Shown here: one piece after another, positions 24,890 to 38,184 of the stretch
Numbering within the stretch: position 1 is the first letter of the stretch
Layout: each line of letters begins with the position of its first letter
From: Octopus bimaculoides
Taxonomy: Eukaryota
Reading direction: 5' to 3'
Length of the DNA stretch: 63,774 nucleotides
Assembly: GCF_001194135.2 (NCBI RefSeq)
Contig: NC_068995.1
Location: 9,161,881 to 9,225,654, forward strand
Notes under the pieces: generated by a model
Database searches by the model: none
What the model was told of the DNA's origin: nothing
What the model saw: the letters and a program-made list of their open reading frames with translations, nothing else
Made by a program: the position numbers and the translations under genes

Positions 24890-26360
24890 TTTTATAAATA
24901 TTATTTGTTGAAGAGTGAGCAATCTTGTTGTTCGTTCCTCTGAGTTTGTGCTGCTTTTTTGTTATATATGAGTGTATGTGTCCGTGTGTTTATGTATGAC
25001 TGTGTGTTTGTGCCTGTGTGGGCCTGTGTGTATGTGTGGGTGCGTACGTGTGTGTATGTATGCATGTGTGTGTGTGTTAGAACGCGTGTCTTCGTTATCC
25101 GTCTGATTCTAGGTACAATCGGCAAAACCGCCATTTTTGTTGCGTGATCCGTACCAATTCCGATAGAAAAATCTATTACAGAATGAAAATGTCATCTGCT
25201 ATGTAAGTGGAATATTTTTCTATACCGTTTCCTATGTCACCGATATCGTTTCAAGTGGTTTAGAGAACGAGAGAAAAAAAGAACGCATGAAAGAAAGGCA
25301 GAAAAGAGAAACATATAAAGCGGGAGATTAGAGTAGAGATGCATTATGGGGGAACCAGAGTGACACCATTATAAAATGAAGAAAGAAACCTGTTGTTCAC
25401 TTACATTTCATTTTGATTTTGTTACACATTTGTGTTAGGTGTTTTGGTTTTTGTTCTTCTTGTTTCTTCTAATGTGTTCATGGCACCTTTATTCTTGCCT
25501 TTTGTTTTTTTTTATTACACGTACACATTTTTACTCAATATATCCGTATATACATATTTATATCTATATATGTATGCATATGCATACAGATATGGATAGT
25601 TGTATATCCCAATATATGCTTATATATATATATATATNNNNNNNNNNNNNNNNNNNNNNNNNNNNNNNNNNNNNNNNNNNNNNNNNNNNNNNNNNNNNNN
25701 NNNNNNNNNNNNNNNNNNNNNNNNNNNNNNNNNNNNNNNNNNNNNNNNNNNNNNNNNNNNNNNNNNNNNNNNNNNNNNNNNNNNNNNNNNNNNNNNNNNN
25801 NNNNNNNNNNNNNNNNNNNNNNNNNNNNNNNNNNNNNNNNNNNNNNNNNNNNNNNNNNNNNNNNNNNNNNNNNNNNNNNNNNNNNNNNNNNNNNNNNNNN
25901 NNNNNNNNNNNNNNNNNNNNNNNNNNNNNNNNNNNNNNNNNNNNNNNNNNNNNNNNNNNNNNNNNNNNNNNNNNNNNNNNNNNNNNNNNNNNNNNNNNNN
26001 NNNNNNNNNNNNNNNNNNNNNNNNNNNNNNNNNNNNNNNNNNNNNNNNNNNNNNNNNNNNNNNNNNNNNNNNNNNNNNNNNNNNNNNNNNNNNNNNNNNN
26101 NNNNNNNNNNNNNNNNNNNNNNNNNNNNNNNNNNNNNNNNNNNNNNNNNNNNNNNNNNNNNNNNNNNNNNNNNNNNNNNNNNNNNNNNNNNNNNNNNNNN
26201 NNNNNNNNNNNNNNNNNNNNNNNNNNNNNNNNNNNNNNNNNNNNNNNNNNNNNNNNNNNNNNNNNNNNNNNNNNNNNNNNNNNNNNNNNNNNNNNNNNNN
26301 NNNNNNNNNNNNNNNNNNNNNNNNNNNNNNNNNNNNNNNNNNNNNNNNNNNNNNNNNNNN

Positions 26361-26398
<38 letters not shown>

Positions 26399-26923
26399 CA
26401 TATAAGTGTGTATGTGTGTATATATATTTGTATGTATGTATCTTTGTGTATATATATGTATGTAAGCTTGATTCAATTTGTCTTTGCACAACTGTTAATA
26501 TGATTTTATTCAAAATATAGAACAGAACATCAAAGTCACATTCGTGCACGTCCGCATACGCAGGCACACGTACTCACACACTCAAGCACACACAGGTGTG
26601 TGTGGGTGTGTGTGTGTGTGTGTGTGTGTATGTATTTGTGTGCAGGCGTATATTAGTTCTTTTTTTTTTTTTGCATCACGCATGTAAACAAACAGTTACA
26701 CTTCACATGTGACTACAATGAAGAAATCGGGAAATGTTCAACCTTTAAAACTGCCCTCAGAAAAGTAGTTATGAGTAGCAGGGCCGTTAAATGTCTTTTG
26801 TGTAATATATAATGCAAATATAGATAGGTATGTAGATAGTTTGTTAGATAGGTAGTTATAAATACATATGCGTACACACACACTTACGCACACATGCACA
26901 CACAAACACACAACGATACATAA

Positions 26924-26954
<31 letters not shown>

Positions 26955-27017
26955 CATAAATACTTGCATACATATATATATATATATATACACACACATA
27001 TATACATACCTATATAC

Positions 27018-27081
<64 letters not shown>

Positions 27082-27562
27082 TGTATAATATATATAAATA
27101 TGTATATATGTATATATGTGTATGCATGTATGTATATATACATATATGATGGCACCTACATATATATAACTGTATAGTGTGTCTCTTATTGAAAGGCATA
27201 CATGCAGAATGTAGAACGCTCTCTCTTTCCTTACATACTTAAAGACGAAAGTGCAAGATCTCGTACAAGTGTCCTTTCATCCCTTTTTTTAGATAGAAAG
27301 ATCACAGAGTACACAGAGAAAAAAAACCTGAGAAGGAGTCAGTGCATAAATTATTTAATTACGTTTTTCATTTAAGGTAATAGGAAAATTATGCAATGTT
27401 ATCTGAGTGCAGCATGTTTTCTTGGTGTTCACTTTGACAAAGATTCATACTGAATGTGTTATACTTGCTTTCTTTTATTTACAACCCTAAACGAGAGAGC
27501 TCTCCCCCCTCACCTCACACATCGATATGTTTCATCTTATATCTCTTACTCGTAACAAATAT

Positions 27563-27752
27563 AACACTGCAGTCATGCTGGAGTACTGTGATGCAAGATT
27601 GCAGTCGAACGGATCGACCTGAGTACATTTCTTCTCCTCTGAATCTTGTACTGATTCCATCAGTCTATTTTGCCGAACCGCTAATTATGAGAACGGAAAC
27701 AAACCAATAGCGGCTGTCAATCAGTGTGGGGAAACAAGCACAAAGACACACC
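27563..27752 (-). mobile_element. Degenerate 3' half of SINE family A
   Basis: Reverse complement aligns to the A tail (gcagtcatgctggag..gtcgaacggatcgacc..ttttgccgaaccgctaa). Confidence 0.75.
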
Positions 27753-27894
27753 ACAGACCCACTTACAAAAAACTTATTAACTACCTTTATATTTTTTATT
27801 TTGTTATTTTCTTTCCTCATCTTTTTATATTCTAATATATTTTCCTAACCTTGTGATCCCCCGACACCTTCCTTCTGAACATGAGAATACCCAA

Positions 27895-28040
27895 GGATCC
27901 ACGACTTTGACTTTCATCCTTTCGGGGTCGATTAAATAAGTACCAGTTTCGCACTGTGGTCGATATAATAGACTTAATCCGTTTCTCTGTCCTTGTTTGT
28001 CCTCTCTGTGTGTAGCCCCTTGTGGGCACTAAAGAAATAA
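27895..28040 (+). mobile_element. 5'-truncated family B SINE, tail variant 2
   Basis: ctttcatcctttcggggtcgat..ttaatccgtttctctgtccttgtttgtc..cttgtgggcactaaagaaata; same tail as 1145-1372. Confidence 0.85.
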
Positions 28041-28385
28041 GGAACTATTAAAAGATATTTTTCGCTAGATGCAATGCACTTTTGTTGCTCCCACCAATTC
28101 ATGACAGCTTATTCACATATATAACTGTTATATATCATCTGCAGACACTCACACACACGCGTGCACGCGTATGAGTACTAATACAGAGATAGATACGTGT
28201 GCATCTTTTTGTATACACACCTATATATATGTATAGCGTGACGAAAGCCAAATCGACGTACGTAACTATATACCTCGTGAATACAAGCATGTTTGACTCG
28301 CTCGAATATCAACCCAGAGAGAAATTCAAACATGAAAACTGTTTATTGTCATAGACACTCCTGCTAGCTCCAGTTTCTAAGTGTA

Positions 28386-28610
28386 CAGTAATCCCTCAAC
28401 TATCGCAGGTGTTACTTTCCAAAACGCCCCACGTTAGGTGAAAATCCGCGAAGTAGAATCAATACTGTACCGTATATTCTTTTTTAATTATTTTTATAAT
28501 TTATATATATTTATTTTATTATAAATGCAAAACAACACCACGGAGGAATCGACGCAAGCTTAAATAATAAACCACGATAGGTGAACAGCGATATGTCGGG
28601 GGAATTATTG
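28386..28610. mobile_element. pogo/Tigger-type MITE (225 bp)
   Basis: Left end TA|cagtaatccctcaactatcgc, right end gcgatatgtcgggggaattattg|TA: degenerate terminal inverted repeats (TIRs) with TA duplication. Confidence 0.75.
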
Positions 28611-28624
28611 TAATTAGAAGAGTA

Positions 28625-29410
28625 TTCACAGACATCCGCGGAAGAGTCTCAAAATATCAGCTGACAGAGAGCACTTCAGTAGGGACGAACCCACTGGCAC
28701 ACAAGGAAGGGTTTGCTGTTCCACTATGTTAGTTGATGTATAGATAGCCTACTCCACTTCCGAAGCTGACGAGAGATAAAAAGAAGAATGTAATCTAGGT
28801 CGGTCCACCATTCAACATAGAAATTTCCACTAATGTGGAAGGAGCTTCAGCTATTCCTTTCGCAAATTAAAGAGCATTTCCAAGAACCCATGTATATATA
28901 TATTATGAACTCGTTAATTCCTATATTGTCAAAGTTAAATATTCCTGTTTCCATAATATTAGTTCCAGTGTTTCACGCTATAATATATGCAAACTCGCAT
29001 CCACTCAGTCCCTGTCTGAAACTGCCGAATTTTTACTGACTACGAAGAGAGGTATAGCGTATTCCGTATGTATACCCACCCTCTCACCACCGGATGACAT
29101 CATCATCCACAACACAGGCATAACAACCAACAGTCTAAAGGATGGATACGCACAACATAGGCACTCCTCCAGTTGTATAAACAGGGCGAACTACACCTTT
29201 CCTGATTCATTTGGAGACACTAAGATCATCGAAATGTGTGTAAGAATATCATAGAGATACACCTTACAAAACTTCTCTTTACTCAACTGGGGCTCATTAC
29301 TACCAACAGGGATTTCGTGAGAAACAGATCAAATACCACCAGTCCTCAGGATTTACCAAACAGAAAATATAACCTTACTGTTGCCACCAGCATTGTACCA
29401 TGCCAATGAA
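28625..29410 (+). mobile_element. Decayed Penelope-like element: RT C-terminal region plus GIY-YIG endonuclease remnant
   Basis: Frameshifted translations KKKNVI*VGPPFNIEISTNV, FLSQIKEHF, VKVKYSCFHNISS, TGITTNSLKDGYAQHRHS match PLE motifs (IIWFNPPF..V.TN, KVSYSC, YIG.T...FK.RY..H) in the expected order. Confidence 0.8.
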
Positions 29411-30001
29411 CTAGCCTCAGGCCGCGAATAACTCGGATATGCCACAATAATAGACTTATCTGGCCGACGCACAAGGGAAAAGTACTTAATTCCTGCTGCT
29501 CACAGATGCTACAGCACATTCATTTGCATAAAGCAAACTCACTTGCGTAACGCACCATCAAATCGTTTATCCCAACATAATTACAATTGTCGCTAAGTAG
29601 TTTTAGTATTCAACAGAATAACAACTAATTGCCGCAAAAAAAAAAAAACTTGCTGAACAACTCAAAATGTGGAATGCAATCTGCAGAACTGATGTCGCTG
29701 CATATACTAACCAGCAAAAATGCCGACACGATGACACTAACATCCTGTCTAGAACGCGTAGACTTAATCATAGAACAAACTGATATCATTCTGATAATAT
29801 AAATAATCAGTTGAGCTGCACTGACCAACGGAGGCCTAAATACAAGGAAGCCATTGTAAATTTACTTTCATTCTCTTCATATTTTGCCCAGCATCTGATG
29901 AGGCACAGTGCCGCATGCATGCGTAACTTTAAGTGCTGTAGAACTGAGACAAACACTTTTTATATGTGTGTGTGTATACGTGCATGTGCGTACGTGTTTT
30001 G

Positions 30002-30052
<51 letters not shown>

Positions 30053-30427
30053 NNNNNNNNNNNNNNNNNNNNNNNNNNNNNNNNNNNNNNNNNNNNNNNN
30101 NNNNNNNNNNNNNNNNNNNNNNNNNNNNNNNNNNNNNNNNNNNNNNNNNNNNNNNNNNNNNNNNNNNNNNNNNNNNNNNNNNNNNNNNNNNNNNNNNNNN
30201 NNNNNNNNNNNNNNNNNNNNNNNNNNNNNNNNNNNNNNNNNNNNNNNNNNNNNNNNNNNNNNNNNNNNNNNNNNNNNNNNNNNNNNNNNNNNNNNNNNNN
30301 NNNNNNNNNNNNNNNNNNNNNNNNNNNNNNNNNNNNNNNNNNNNNNNNNNNNNNNNNNNNNNNNNNNNNNNNNNNNNNNNNNNNNNNNNNNNNNNNNNNN
30401 NNNNNNNNNNNNNNNNNNNNNNNNNNN

Positions 30428-30470
<43 letters not shown>

Positions 30471-31091
30471 CATGTATCTATATATATACATATACGTATA
30501 TATTTTTCTATAGATATATATGTATAAGTATGTAAGCCTCTATATATATGTATGTATTGTCTGTATTTATGTATCGTATATCTATGGCTATGAAAGAATC
30601 TCAGCTTGTAATCGTATTAATATACAATTATGAAGTAATCAATATTGAATACAAGCTATTATATAAATGAGTTTATTCGTATTTCTCCAACAGCGCAAGC
30701 ATTATTTCAGTCGAGCAAATATTCATTGAACATCATGAGATTAGAATGTATCTTTGTCTATACGCGAATGTATGTGTATGTCTCTATGTGTCTATGTGTG
30801 TCTGTGTTTGTATGTATATATCTGTGTGTTTGTGAGTGTGTGCATCGATTTGACAAAATATACAGGACAAATACAAGTAAATACATTAGTATACGTATAT
30901 TTTTCTTTATTCCCAATCGACGGATTCACTAAAGGTTCTCAGCGGCCCACTTTTTTTAAAATGGTATTTATTCAACTCCTTTCACTGAGCAGCTTCCTGC
31001 ACGAACTCTAGGCTATCGAATGACATTCGCACGAAACTGCTGCCGCTTGAGTCACTTTTGTAACTTTTTTACCGATTAATAGTAATAATCT

Positions 31092-31283
31092 TTTCCAAGG
31101 CCTAAGGTTTTAGGGGAGGGTCTAGTTAATTACATTAACACCCGTGCTCAACTGGTACGTATGTTATTGATACCGAAGGGATGAAAGATAAAGGCGACGT
31201 TGGTAGAATTTGTACCTAGAATGTAGGAAGCCGGACGAAATGTCGCAAAGCATTTAATCCGGTGAGGTACCGATTCTGCCAGC

Positions 31284-31330
<47 letters not shown>

Positions 31331-31538
31331 ATTTTATATTATAGGCACAAAGCCTGACATTTTTGGAGGAGCAAGTCAGTTACATCGACCCCAGTGCTCA
31401 AATGGTACTTATTTTATCGATCCCGAAGGATGAAAGCAAAGTCAACCTCGCCAGAATTTGAACTCAGAATATAAGACGGACGAAATGCCGCTAAGAATTT
31501 TGTCCGGCGAACAAACTATCCTGCTAATTCACCGCCTT
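31092..31538 (-). mobile_element. Two head-to-tail family B SINEs joined by (TAA)n
   Basis: Copies ~31092-31284 and ~31335-31538. Confidence 0.85.
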
Positions 31539-31929
31539 ACTGTTACTATTAATGTTGAGTTTATGGAAATTGTTCTACTTTCTTTGGATCACCGCTTAGA
31601 CTAATTTTCCTGGACTATGGCTATCAACATTTCCTGAGTATCATCATTCAATTTTGGGAAGATATTCTCAACCAAATTTTAAAGATAAAAAAGTAAGTCG
31701 TCAGCCATTTTAAATTTGAATGACCGAAGTTGATTGTTATTACCGTAAGGTGGGCTGCGATTGGTCGAGGAAGGTCACGCGGTGTCTTCGTTTGACGTTG
31801 GTTTATGGGTAACTGTTTGTTGGAAAATACTGCATGGCGAAAAGGAAATCGACCTCGTGGAGGACAAGAAATGCATGTGTATGTGTGTGTGTGTGTGTGT
31901 GTGTGTATGTATATGTAAAAGTGTGTGTC

Positions 31930-32145
31930 TCTGTGTCCGTTTGTCCCTCACCACCGCTTGTGAACCGGTGTTGGTGTGTTTACGACCCTCGTAACTCAGT
32001 GGTTCAGCAAGAGAACCAGTAGAATAAGAACCAGGATTAACAAGATATAAGTACTGAGGTCGGCATATTCGACTAAGATCTCTTCAAGGCGGTGCCCCAG
32101 CATGGCCGTAGTCTAATGACTGAAACAAGTAAAAGACATAAAAGA
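31930..32145 (+). mobile_element. 3' half of SINE family A
   Basis: tgtccctcaccaccgcttg..ggcggtgccccagcatggccgtagtctaatgactgaaacaagtaaaaga. Confidence 0.9.
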
Positions 32146-32417
32146 ATAATAATACGACTCGTTCTTCTGTCCTATTATCAGCATCTCTTTGTTTTCCTGT
32201 GGCGAGGAAATTATATATTCCGATATAAGTCTTTCCAAAAGCTTTGTAAAAAGGGTTTATAAATTAATGGGAGCTCAGCTCTGTCCTAGTTTCATCAAAT
32301 TGCCTTTTCTTTAATGGTAGTGGTGGTGATGTTGGTGGAACCTGGAAAAACAAAAACATCGACAGATTGAAATTTTTGATTTCAACAGCAACAGAACCGG
32401 TTCTTTTTTTTTTAACT

Positions 32418-33220
32418 TACCTACCTTCTCTCTCTCCCCCCGCTTCTCTCTCGCTCTCTCCCTCCGCTTCTCTCTCTCTCTCTCTGTCCCTCCGCTTCTC
32501 TCTGTCTCCTACCGCTTCTCTCTTACTCTCTCTGCATTCCTGTCTCTCTCTCTCTCACTTCTTTTCTCTCTCTCTCTCTTTCTCTCTCCTTGCTCTTCTA
32601 TCTCTCTCTGGACACCTGTCTCTCTCTCTCCTTTCGCTTTCTTCTCTCTCTCCCTCATTCTCTCACCATTTCTCTCTCGTCCCCGTTTCTTCTCTCTCTC
32701 CCTATCCCTCTTTCTCTATCCTTATTCCTCTCTATCTTCCTCCTCCTCTTCTCCATCTCTTCCACTTTCCCTCCCTCTCATATTTTTCTCTCACCCCGCA
32801 ACTCTTTCCCTTTCACTCTTTTCTATCTCTTTCTCTGTCTCTTCTTCCCCTCCTTTTTCTCTCGCTGCCCCTTTTCATCTCTCTATGAATCTCCTTACCC
32901 TCTCCCTCGCTAGCACTCCTACTTCTGTCCCTCTCTCCCTCCTTAAATCTTCCCCTTCCTCTCTCCCTCTCTCTCCATCACTCTTTCCCATCCTCTCCCT
33001 CTCTCTCTCCCTCACTCTTTCCTTTCTACTCTCTCACTTTCCCTCACTCTTTCCCTTCCTCTCTCTCCCTTTCTCTGTCCCTCACGCTTTCCTTTACTCT
33101 CTCCTTCCTCCATCTCCCTCTATCTCTCCCTCCCTCCCTCTCTCTCTCTCCTATCCCTCCCTCTCTCTCCCTCCTTCTCTCCCTCTCCCTCTCTCTCCCT
33201 TATATTCTACTCTCTTTTAA
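32418..33220 (+). repeat. ~800-bp degenerate (CT)-rich polypyrimidine tract
   Basis: Directly visible. Confidence 0.95.
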
Positions 33221-33552
33221 TTACATTTCTCATTCAAACAATCAATAAAGTAGACATTCTGATTAAACAATTTCTTTTTATTTCTTCGATTCCGCCATTG
33301 TTCACCCTTCCTATCTTCCTTTCTTCTTTTCTCCCTTTTCTTTCTCTTTCATTCTTTGTCTTTCTTTTCTTCCTTCTTCCTTCGATTTCTATCTTTCTTT
33401 TCATCTTTCTCTATACCTTTTTTCCTTCATTATCTTTCAAAATTTCTTTTCGTGTCTTCGGTTTTCATTTGACTTAATGTTTTGATTTTCATCTTCATCT
33501 TCTTATTTTACTTATTAATTTTATATTATATTTTTATTTATCATTTCTATAT

Positions 33553-33720
<168 letters not shown>

Positions 33721-35199
33721 GACATTCTTTTAGGTAGCCNNNNNNNNNNNNNNNNNNNNNNNNNNNNNNNNNNNNNNNNNNNNNNNNNNNNNNNNNNNNN
33801 NNNNNNNNNNNNNNNNNNNNNNNNNNNNNNNNNNNNNNNNNNNNNNNNNNNNNNNNNNNNNNNNNNNNNNNNNNNNNNNNNNNNNNNNNNNNNNNNNNNN
33901 NNNNNNNNNNNNNNNNNNNNNNNNNNNNNNNNNNNNNNNNNNNNNNNNNNNNNNNNNNNNNNNNNNNNNNNNNNNNNNNNNNNNNNNNNNNNNNNNNNNN
34001 NNNNNNNNNNNNNNNNNNNNNNNNNNNNNNNNNNNNNNNNNNNNNNNNNNNNNNNNNNNNNNNNNNNNNNNNNNNNNNNNNNNNNNNNNNNNNNNNNNNN
34101 NNNNNNNNNNNNNNNNNNNNNNNNNNNNNNNNNNNNNNNNNNNNNNNNNNNNNNNNNNNNNNNNNNNNNNNNNNNNNNNNNNNNNNNNNNNNNNNNNNNN
34201 NNNNNNNNNNNNNNNNNNNNNNNNNNNNNNNNNNNNNNNNNNNNNNNNNNNNNNNNNNNNNNNNNNNNNNNNNNNNNNNNNNNNNNNNNNNNNNNNNNNN
34301 NNNNNNNNNNNNNNNNNNNNNATATATATATATATCAACAGACTTTAATAGAATAGAGGGCAGAAAAATTGAAAGGAGAAAGAAAAAATAACATTACAAA
34401 TAGTAGAGAAACAAAGAACTCAACTTGACATGAAAGAAAACGTTGCGTGTGTGTATGTATATTATTCATATATATACATATATAAACACAGACATACATA
34501 TATATATATATATATATTTATGTTTGCATGTATATGTATGTGTGTGTATATGTATATATATATATATACATGTGTCCACAATTCACTCAAAATTGGAGCA
34601 AAAAATACAATTGGGAAACAATCAGACTTGAGTAAGACAAAGGACTGGAAACCACTTTGTATGTCTATATATATTTGTAAGCATACATATATATGTATGT
34701 GTATAACTATACCTATGTTTACGTATGATATCTATATGCGCACACGTACTGATGTATTATCTGTACGTATACAATATGTGCCTAGATTGATGTTTTTTCC
34801 TTTCCATAATAATGTTCTCTTTCGGATTACTCTCACTGTATGTGTCGGATTATGAGTTAAATAGACAATTATATATTGTTTAAAAGCATGTTCTCTTAAG
34901 TGCAGAATAAAAGCTAATCGACTGGGGATTTTTTTTTTTTTTTATATTCATGCAACATTTTTCTTGAGATTGTTCTTTTCGTAAAAAGAGAGCTGTATTG
35001 TCGTACAACGAGGAAAATCGTTCGGATTAAAATGCCTTGCAATGTGTGTATAAACTTCTGTTCTGTTTCGATCTGCTTTTCAACGTTGCTGGAAAGACAA
35101 CATACCAGTTAAATGCTTCGGTCGTTGATCCTATGACAGAAATATTTATATTTTTCATTTATTTGTATTTCGAATTCTGATTTTCAAATGAAAGTAGGC

Positions 35200-35860
35200 G
35201 TCGAGGTCACAGAATCGTTAGCGCGTTGGAGAAAATGTTCAGTAGCATTTCTTTCGGATCTAAATGGCCAGAGTTCAAATTTTGCCAAGTTCTGCGTTGC
35301 ATTTTATTCTTCAGGCTCCATGAAATGTTACCAGTTGAGCACTGGATTTCATGTAATTCAGTAGCCCTCTCACCCAAAACTTCCTGTTCTGTGCTTATTG
35401 TGGAAAGAATTATTATTATTATCATTATAAGTAAGACGGCGAGCTGGCTGAATCATTAGCACGCTGGACGGAATGCTTAGCGATATTTCGCCCTCCGCTA
35501 CATTCTGGGTTCAAATTTCGCTAAGGTCGACTTTTCCTTTTGTCCTTTCGGGGTCAATAAACAGAGTACCAGTGAAACACTGCGGTCGACATAATCGACT
35601 AACTCCTCCCCCCAAATTTCAAGCCTTGGGCCCATAATAGAAATGATTATTATTATTAATAAGGCAGCGAGAATAACAGCGCGCCGTAGAAATAAGTTAG
35701 CGACATATACTTCCGGCGCTTTATGTTCTGAGTTCGATTTTCGTCGGTGTTATCTTTGACTGCCATCCTTTCGTATTCGACAAAATAAATACCAGTCATG
35801 CGCCAAATTCAATATAATCTATTTTAGTATTCTTCGAAAAATTGCTGGTTCTGTGCCAAT
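35200..35860 (+). mobile_element. Three head-to-tail family B SINEs separated by short (ATT)n
   Basis: Copies ~35200-35405, ~35435-35645, ~35662-35860. Confidence 0.85.
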
Positions 35861-37861
35861 TTTTTTTTTTTAATATTTTCAAATAAAGAATTTCCATTTC
35901 GGTAGAATCAGCAAGTCTTTAAATTATCCTTGAATGTACTAAATTACCTTATGATGGATTTGTCTTATGTTATAAGTTCAAACTTCGCTGATGTCTGTTT
36001 GTATTTTACTCCTTGTCGGATCTGTAAAATAGTTGCCAGTCAAGTAAAAAGTGTCTTTAAGCAGCTGAATTTTGTAACCATATACTTGGCATTTGTCCAT
36101 TGCATGTATATTGTTTTGTGCTTGAGTAGGCGTCTGTTTTGTTTTTTTGCAGCTGTAGATAACTTTTAGGTTTTTCATGTTGAATATTTTGTGGTCTTTA
36201 TACTTGGTTGTGGTGTGATTGCTGGTTAGTAATACGAAGGTACATAAGGGTAGTTCTGAAAAGTTCCTCTCTTTGTGTGAGCGTGTGTGTGTAAATGTGT
36301 ATATTACATATAAACATCCACATATATATATANNNNNNNNNNNNNNNNNNNNNNNNNNNNNNNNNNNNNNNNNNNNNNNNNNNNNNNNNNNNNNNNNNNN
36401 NNNNNNNNNNNNNNNNNNNNNNNNNNNNNNNNNNNNNNNNNNNNNNNNNNNNNNNNNNNNNNNNNNNNNNNNNNTATATTTGTGGATGTATGTATATGTA
36501 TATATTCAATTTCGTTCAATAATTGAGATTAACGTATCACTAAATATCACTGAAATGTCGATTGTTTTTTATTTACTTCTTTGATTAATGTTTTTTTAAT
36601 CTTCAACACTTCAACTTGTTTCTTTACATTAAAGATTTCCATTATATTTTCGATGTGCTTCCACAGTTAAAGACGTCGCATACTCAACATTCAAAATTGT
36701 TACATTTTTGACATACGTTTTGATTATATCTCCGATGTCGTCCCATCATTAAGCATACCGAAAGATTAACTTTGGATCCTTACAGTTTATGTTAAATATT
36801 ATGATTGTATCCTTCATTTCCTTCCATAGTTACTTTCTTGTAAAGCATTATAACCGACTACAATTCGTGAGAAACATAGTAACAGTGCAGATGGTTATAA
36901 TTTATAAACCGGTAGATCATCGAAAAGAAATTATTTACAGCATTTATGTAGTTTCAATGAACATTCATTGGTTAAATTTTCATCTGCCTCAAAATTATCT
37001 TTTATATTTCTGGGGGTCGACAATATAGCGACGAAGTCTCATCACGTGAATTAATATCAATGTCTGAACTTAGAAGAAAATATATGGTCTTTGTCCTTGA
37101 ATGCAAACCAAAATTATTACAGAAACGAAATTAGAATATTGGTAAGATCCAGACGAGATAAACTTTGAAAATTGGTTGAAACGTTGACGTGATTAATGTT
37201 CTTAGGTGCAGTCTGTTGTCAGACATTATTTAATGGAGAACCAGAATAAATTAGACCATTTTATGTTGTTGTCTTCTATTTGCTGAGTTAAAACTCTCGT
37301 CTAACTATCGTCTGTTCTATTTTGTTTTTTGTCAGTACAGGTCAAAAGAATTTATAACAGATACGTTCTAAGTTTTCTTCTCTATCGAATACACTTCCAC
37401 CTTTATTCCCCTCTGTCTACCAACTTATACGTGTGTTCATCTTTGTACGCGTGTCTGTGTTTGTGTATCTATGTGTATTTGCATCAAAGGCTTTTTCTTC
37501 TTTATTTAAGACCGTCGGTGTATTTGCACTTGAAAGAATCCTACTTAAGACACAGACATGGGTCGGGTTTTCGTAGAAAACTAGCCTCTTGCTCACCATC
37601 AAAGTGTATCATCTCTATCGTTTATTTAAAAGTGTGACAACAACGAATAACTTTGTCGTTTGTGACATCGCAGCCTTTGACGACCTGCACACATATAAAC
37701 GGACACATATGAAAATAATCCATTATATATATATGTGTATATANNNNNNNNNNNNNNNNNNNNNNNNNNNNNNNNNNNNNNNNNNNNNNNNNNNNNNNNN
37801 NNNNNNNNNNNNNNNNNNNNNNNNNNNNNNNNNNNNNNNNNNNNNNNNNNNNTATATATAC

Positions 37862-37892
<31 letters not shown>

Positions 37893-38184
37893 CATATATA
37901 TATACATATATACATATATATGTGTGTGTGAGTGTGTGCGTATCTGTGTGTCTGTGTGTCTGTTTGTGTATGTGTCTGTGTTCGTGTGTATGTGTGTCTG
38001 TGTCTGTGTGAGTATGTATAAATGTTTGCTTTTTTTATGTCCAGTTACAACGTAAAGCAATTTTACATTCATGTGATGGGTCATTCTATAATTAGGTAGA
38101 GTACAATTTTATTATTCTGAAACAAGAATGTCAGTGACAGTGATTTCAAATCACTAGCCACCCTTGATAGCTAAGCATCACTGA

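Noticed and set aside
25112-25201. Plus-strand 90-nt exon candidate (YNRQNRHFCCVIRTNSDRKIYYRMKMSSA)
   Set aside because: Splice sites are acceptable, but it is short, unrecognised and opposite to the best-supported exon; chance cannot be excluded.
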